In this document: one piece after another, positions 61,564-64,000 of the stretch
How the letters are laid out: each line of letters begins with the position of its first letter
Position numbering within the stretch: position 1 is the first letter of the stretch
NCBI GenBank assembly: GCA_017436025.1
Contig: JAFSDX010000034.1
Location: 6,210 to 70,209 of the forward strand
Reading direction: 5' to 3'
Origin: Thermoguttaceae bacterium
Lineage (GTDB): Bacteria; Planctomycetota; Planctomycetia; Pirellulales; Thermoguttaceae
DNA length: 64,000 bases
Made by a program: the position numbers and the translations under genes
Notes under the pieces: generated by a model
What the model was told of the DNA's origin: nothing
The model's database searches: none
Seen by the model: only the letters and a program-made list of their open reading frames with translations

Positions 61564-64000
61564 TTAGAATCTGCTCCCTAAAACAAGACGGAAACCGGAG
61601 TCGCCGCTGCGATTCGACGGAACCAAACCGTCCCGATGAGCCGACCGACAGCAACGCGCCAAACTGCACCAACCTCCGCCGCGCAAAACGCGGAACGTTC
61701 CCTTATTCGGGCCCTTCGGATCGGTCGCCGACGTCGCGTCGCAAGGCGCCATCCAATCCCAGCACCATTCCAAGACGTTCCCGTGCATATCGCTCACCCC
61801 CCAAGGGTTCGCGGCTTTCGTCTTCACGGCGCGCGTTCGGGAACCGGAATTGTTAAAATACCAGCCTAAATCGTCCAATCGCAAACCGGCGTAAGGGCCG
61901 TCGGTTCCGGCTCGACAAGCGGCTTCCCACTCGGCCTCGGTCGGAAGACGCAACGCCAAACCGTCGCTCAAATTGACCGTCGCGTTCAACTTATTGATAA
62001 AATCCAGACAATCGAACCAACTTACGTTCTCGACGGGAAATTTCAACGCGTTCGAACCGCTCGCCGGAAACTCGCTCGGATTCTTTCCCATTATCGACGT
62101 CCACATCGCTTGCGTTACCGGGGTTTCCAAAATCCAAAAACCGCGCGTCAACGTTACCTTGCGCAACGTTTCGTCGTCGGCGCGCCCCTCTTCGTTCGCC
62201 GGACTTCCCATCCAAAACGTTTGCGCCGGGCAGTAACGGAGCGCGTATTCGATCCCCGCCGCGCTCAGCGTTTTGCGCGTTCCCGCCTCGTAAACCGCGC
62301 CCCAACCGAACGCCGCCGAAGTCGACCGGTCGCGGGACGGCGTTTTCGTCTTTCGCGCCGCTTCCGCCGCGTCGCGCGCCGCGGACGTTTCCGCCGCCTT
62401 TAACGACTCCTCGCACTTTCGACGCGCCGTCGCGTAATCCCCGACGTCGCCGGCTTTAAACGCCTCGTCGCACAACCTCTTCGCTTGCGCTTCCCTCGCG
62501 GCCGCGTCCGCTTTTTCCGCGTCGTCGATCTCGCGCCGCAACTCGCGCGTCGCGGACATTTCGAACGCGTTCAAGGACTCTTCGCACTTACGACGCGCCG
62601 TCGCATAATCGCGTTCCCTATACGCTTTGAACGCCTCGTCGTACAACGCGTTCGCGGTCGCCTTCGCGATCGTTTCGAGGCCTCGCGACAATTCGCGCGC
62701 TTCGTTCGCTTTCTTCCGCAACTCGTCGGTATTCAGCTTTTCCGCTTCTTTCAAGGCTTCTTCGCACTTGACGCGCGCCGTCTTGTAATCGCGTTTGTCG
62801 CGCGCTCGCCGCGCTTCGTCGAGCGCCTTGTTCGCGCGCTTCAAGATCGTCGCCGCTTCCGCCTCTTGCACGCGTCGCGCCGCTTTGAGCATCTTCAAGA
62901 GTTCGCGCGCGCCGACCGTTTCCGCTTCTTCCAAAGACGCTTCGCACTTCCGTTGCGCCGTCGGGTAATCCTTGGAATCATACGCTCTCAACGCTTCGTC
63001 GAACAACGTCTTCGCTCGCTTCGCCGCGTCCTCGTCGAGCGTCTTCTTCAAGTCGAACGCGTCGGACGTTTCCGCTTCCTTCAAGGACGCTTCGCACTTC
63101 CGTCGCGCCGTCTTGTAGTCCCCGGAATCGTACGCGCTCAACGCTTCGTCGTATAACGCCTTCGCTTTTTCCAACGCCGCCGCTTTCGCGCGCTCCGCTT
63201 CCTTGATCTTCTCCAAGAGTATGCGCGCTTCGGACGTTTCCACCTCCGCCAAGGAGGCTTCGCATCGGTCGCGCGCCGTCTTGTAATCTCCTTGTCCGAA
63301 CGCTTTACGCGCTTCGTCGAGCGCCTCTTTCGCGCGCGCCGCCTTCGCTTCTTCCTCAAGTAACGCCGACTCGATCTTCGGTTGCAACGCGAGCGCTTCG
63401 GGCGTTTCTTTCGCGGCCAACGACGCTTGACACTTGACGTTCGCCGTCGCGTAATTCTCGGCGACGTAAAATCTTAACGCTTCTTCGAACAACTCGTTCG
63501 CGCGTTTCGTCGCCGCCGTCTCGATCTCCGGCCGCAACTTGAGCGCCTCGGGCGTTTGCTTCGCCTTCAAGGACTCTTCGCACTTGGCGCGCGCCGTCGC
63601 GTAATCCTCGGCGTTATACGCTTTCAACGCTTCGCCGTAAAGCGTTTCCGCCTGCGTCGCCAACTTCGCCTCTTGCACTTTGTTCAAAAGCAGAACGTCG
63701 TCGATCTTCCGCAAGAATGCGCGCGCCTCGGACGTTTCCCACGCGTCCAAAGACGCTTGGCAATCGCGACTCGCCGTCTCGTAATCCTTTTCTTTGAACG
63801 CTTTCGACGCTTTTTCAAACCACTCTTGCGCGGTTTTACGTTTCCTCGCTTCTTCGGCGCTCAACTTTTCTTCGATTTCCGACGCCAATTTTAGCGCCGC
63901 GGTCGTTTCCCACGCCGCCAAAGACTTTTGGCACTTGTCGCGCGCCGACGCGTAATCCTTGGCGTTATAAAGCGTTAAGGCGTCGACAAACAACTTCTTC
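61564..64000 (-). CDS. Formylglycine-generating-enzyme (FGE/SUMF1)-domain protein with at least 10 N-terminal Cys-containing helical repeats; 5'-partial
   Basis: C-terminal FGE-type motifs: FWMGSPANEEGRADDE, RGFWILETPVTQAMW, NPWGVSDMHGNVLEWCWDW, RVLRGGGW, SGFRLV. The reading frame remains open to nt 64000 (KKLFVDAL...), so the N-terminus lies outside the window. Confidence 0.8.
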   Translation of the reverse strand, partial: KKLFVDALTLYNAKDYASARDKCQKSLAAWETTAALKLASEIEEKLSAEEARKRKTAQEWFEKASKAFKEKDYETASRDCQASLDAWETSEARAFLRKIDDVLLLNKVQEAKLATQAETLYGEALKAYNAEDYATARAKCEESLKAKQTPEALKLRPEIETAATKRANELFEEALRFYVAENYATANVKCQASLAAKETPEALALQPKIESALLEEEAKAARAKEALDEARKAFGQGDYKTARDRCEASLAEVETSEARILLEKIKEAERAKAAALEKAKALYDEALSAYDSGDYKTARRKCEASLKEAETSDAFDLKKTLDEDAAKRAKTLFDEALRAYDSKDYPTAQRKCEASLEEAETVGARELLKMLKAARRVQEAEAATILKRANKALDEARRARDKRDYKTARVKCEEALKEAEKLNTDELRKKANEARELSRGLETIAKATANALYDEAFKAYRERDYATARRKCEESLNAFEMSATRELRREIDDAEKADAAAREAQAKRLCDEAFKAGDVGDYATARRKCEESLKAAETSAARDAAEAARKTKTPSRDRSTSAAFGWGAVYEAGTRKTLSAAGIEYALRYCPAQTFWMGSPANEEGRADDETLRKVTLTRGFWILETPVTQAMWTSIMGKNPSEFPASGSNALKFPVENVSWFDCLDFINKLNATVNLSDGLALRLPTEAEWEAACRAGTDGPYAGLRLDDLGWYFNNSGSRTRAVKTKAANPWGVSDMHGNVLEWCWDWMAPCDATSATDPKGPNKGTFRVLRGGGWCSLARCCRSAHRDGLVPSNRSGDSGFRLVLGSRF
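62390..63990 (-). repeat. Divergent in-frame coding repeats (about 135-180 bp period), at least 10 copies
   Basis: Each repeat encodes A(L/F)xAYxxxDYxTA(R)xKCExSLxxxETxEAxxL followed by a charged helix. Nucleotide-level similarity is visible, e.g. cttcgcacttNcgNcgcgccgtc recurring at 62410, 62580, 62765, 62940, 63090 and 63580. Confidence 0.75.

Noticed and set aside
1-64000. Mobile elements, prophage, integrases, tRNA/rRNA genes, toxin-antitoxin pairs
   Set aside because: I scanned ORF translations and intergenic regions and found none. There are no DDE or tyrosine-recombinase motifs, no terminal inverted repeats flanking compositional islands, and no tRNA-like cloverleaf candidates in the spacers I inspected. 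tRNAscan or Infernal would be the definitive check.

Overview
About 45 protein-coding genes are supportable in this 64-kb chromosomal window. I found no rRNA, tRNA, CRISPR array, transposase or integrase. The DNA is GC-rich and full of CGACG/CGTCG words, so all six frames stay open over long stretches. Most long Arg-rich ORFs in the track are therefore antisense or out-of-frame artefacts.

Gene content points to the PVC superphylum, most likely Planctomycetota. The markers are a DUF1559-type prepilin-like protein with an adjacent small lipoprotein, a DUF1570-like HExxH protein, an SHD1-containing acidic protein, Tat-signal Gfo/Idh/MocA oxidoreductases, prenyltransferase/squalene-oxidase-repeat proteins and FGE-domain proteins.

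Layout:
- **1-6.8 kb:** a five-gene same-strand cluster. It holds a giant coiled-coil membrane protein (5' partial), a tandem-GYF membrane protein, a MotA/ExbB-type channel and two ExbD-like proteins with long coiled-coil inserts. This is my best candidate for an undescribed proton-motive-force-driven envelope system.
- **6.9-12.8 kb:** exported glycan-active genes (GH97-like, heparinase II/III-like).
- **13-20 kb:** metY, an acidic tandem-repeat SHD1 protein and miscellaneous enzymes.
- **20.9-35.6 kb:** an envelope and sugar-processing block. It contains a Tat-signal dipeptide epimerase with an SH3-NlpC/P60 peptidase, two transglutaminase-like or glycosidase-like exported proteins, a 620-aa double-SIS MurQ/GKRP-like protein, an MFS transporter, a GalT-like HIT transferase and two tandem Gfo/Idh/MocA paralogs.
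- **38-58 kb:** a housekeeping block with an IMPase-family gene, a rhomboid protease, coaE, rho, ribH-nusB, ftsY, a TgpA-like transglutaminase, xseB-ispA-dxs and a cyclophilin. Several of these carry striking low-complexity insertions or tails.
- **59-64 kb:** a triple LOTUS/OST-HTH plus DUF3825-like protein, and an FGE-domain protein with at least 10 Cys-containing helical repeats (5' partial at the window end).

All functional calls come from motif recognition by eye. No database search was run.
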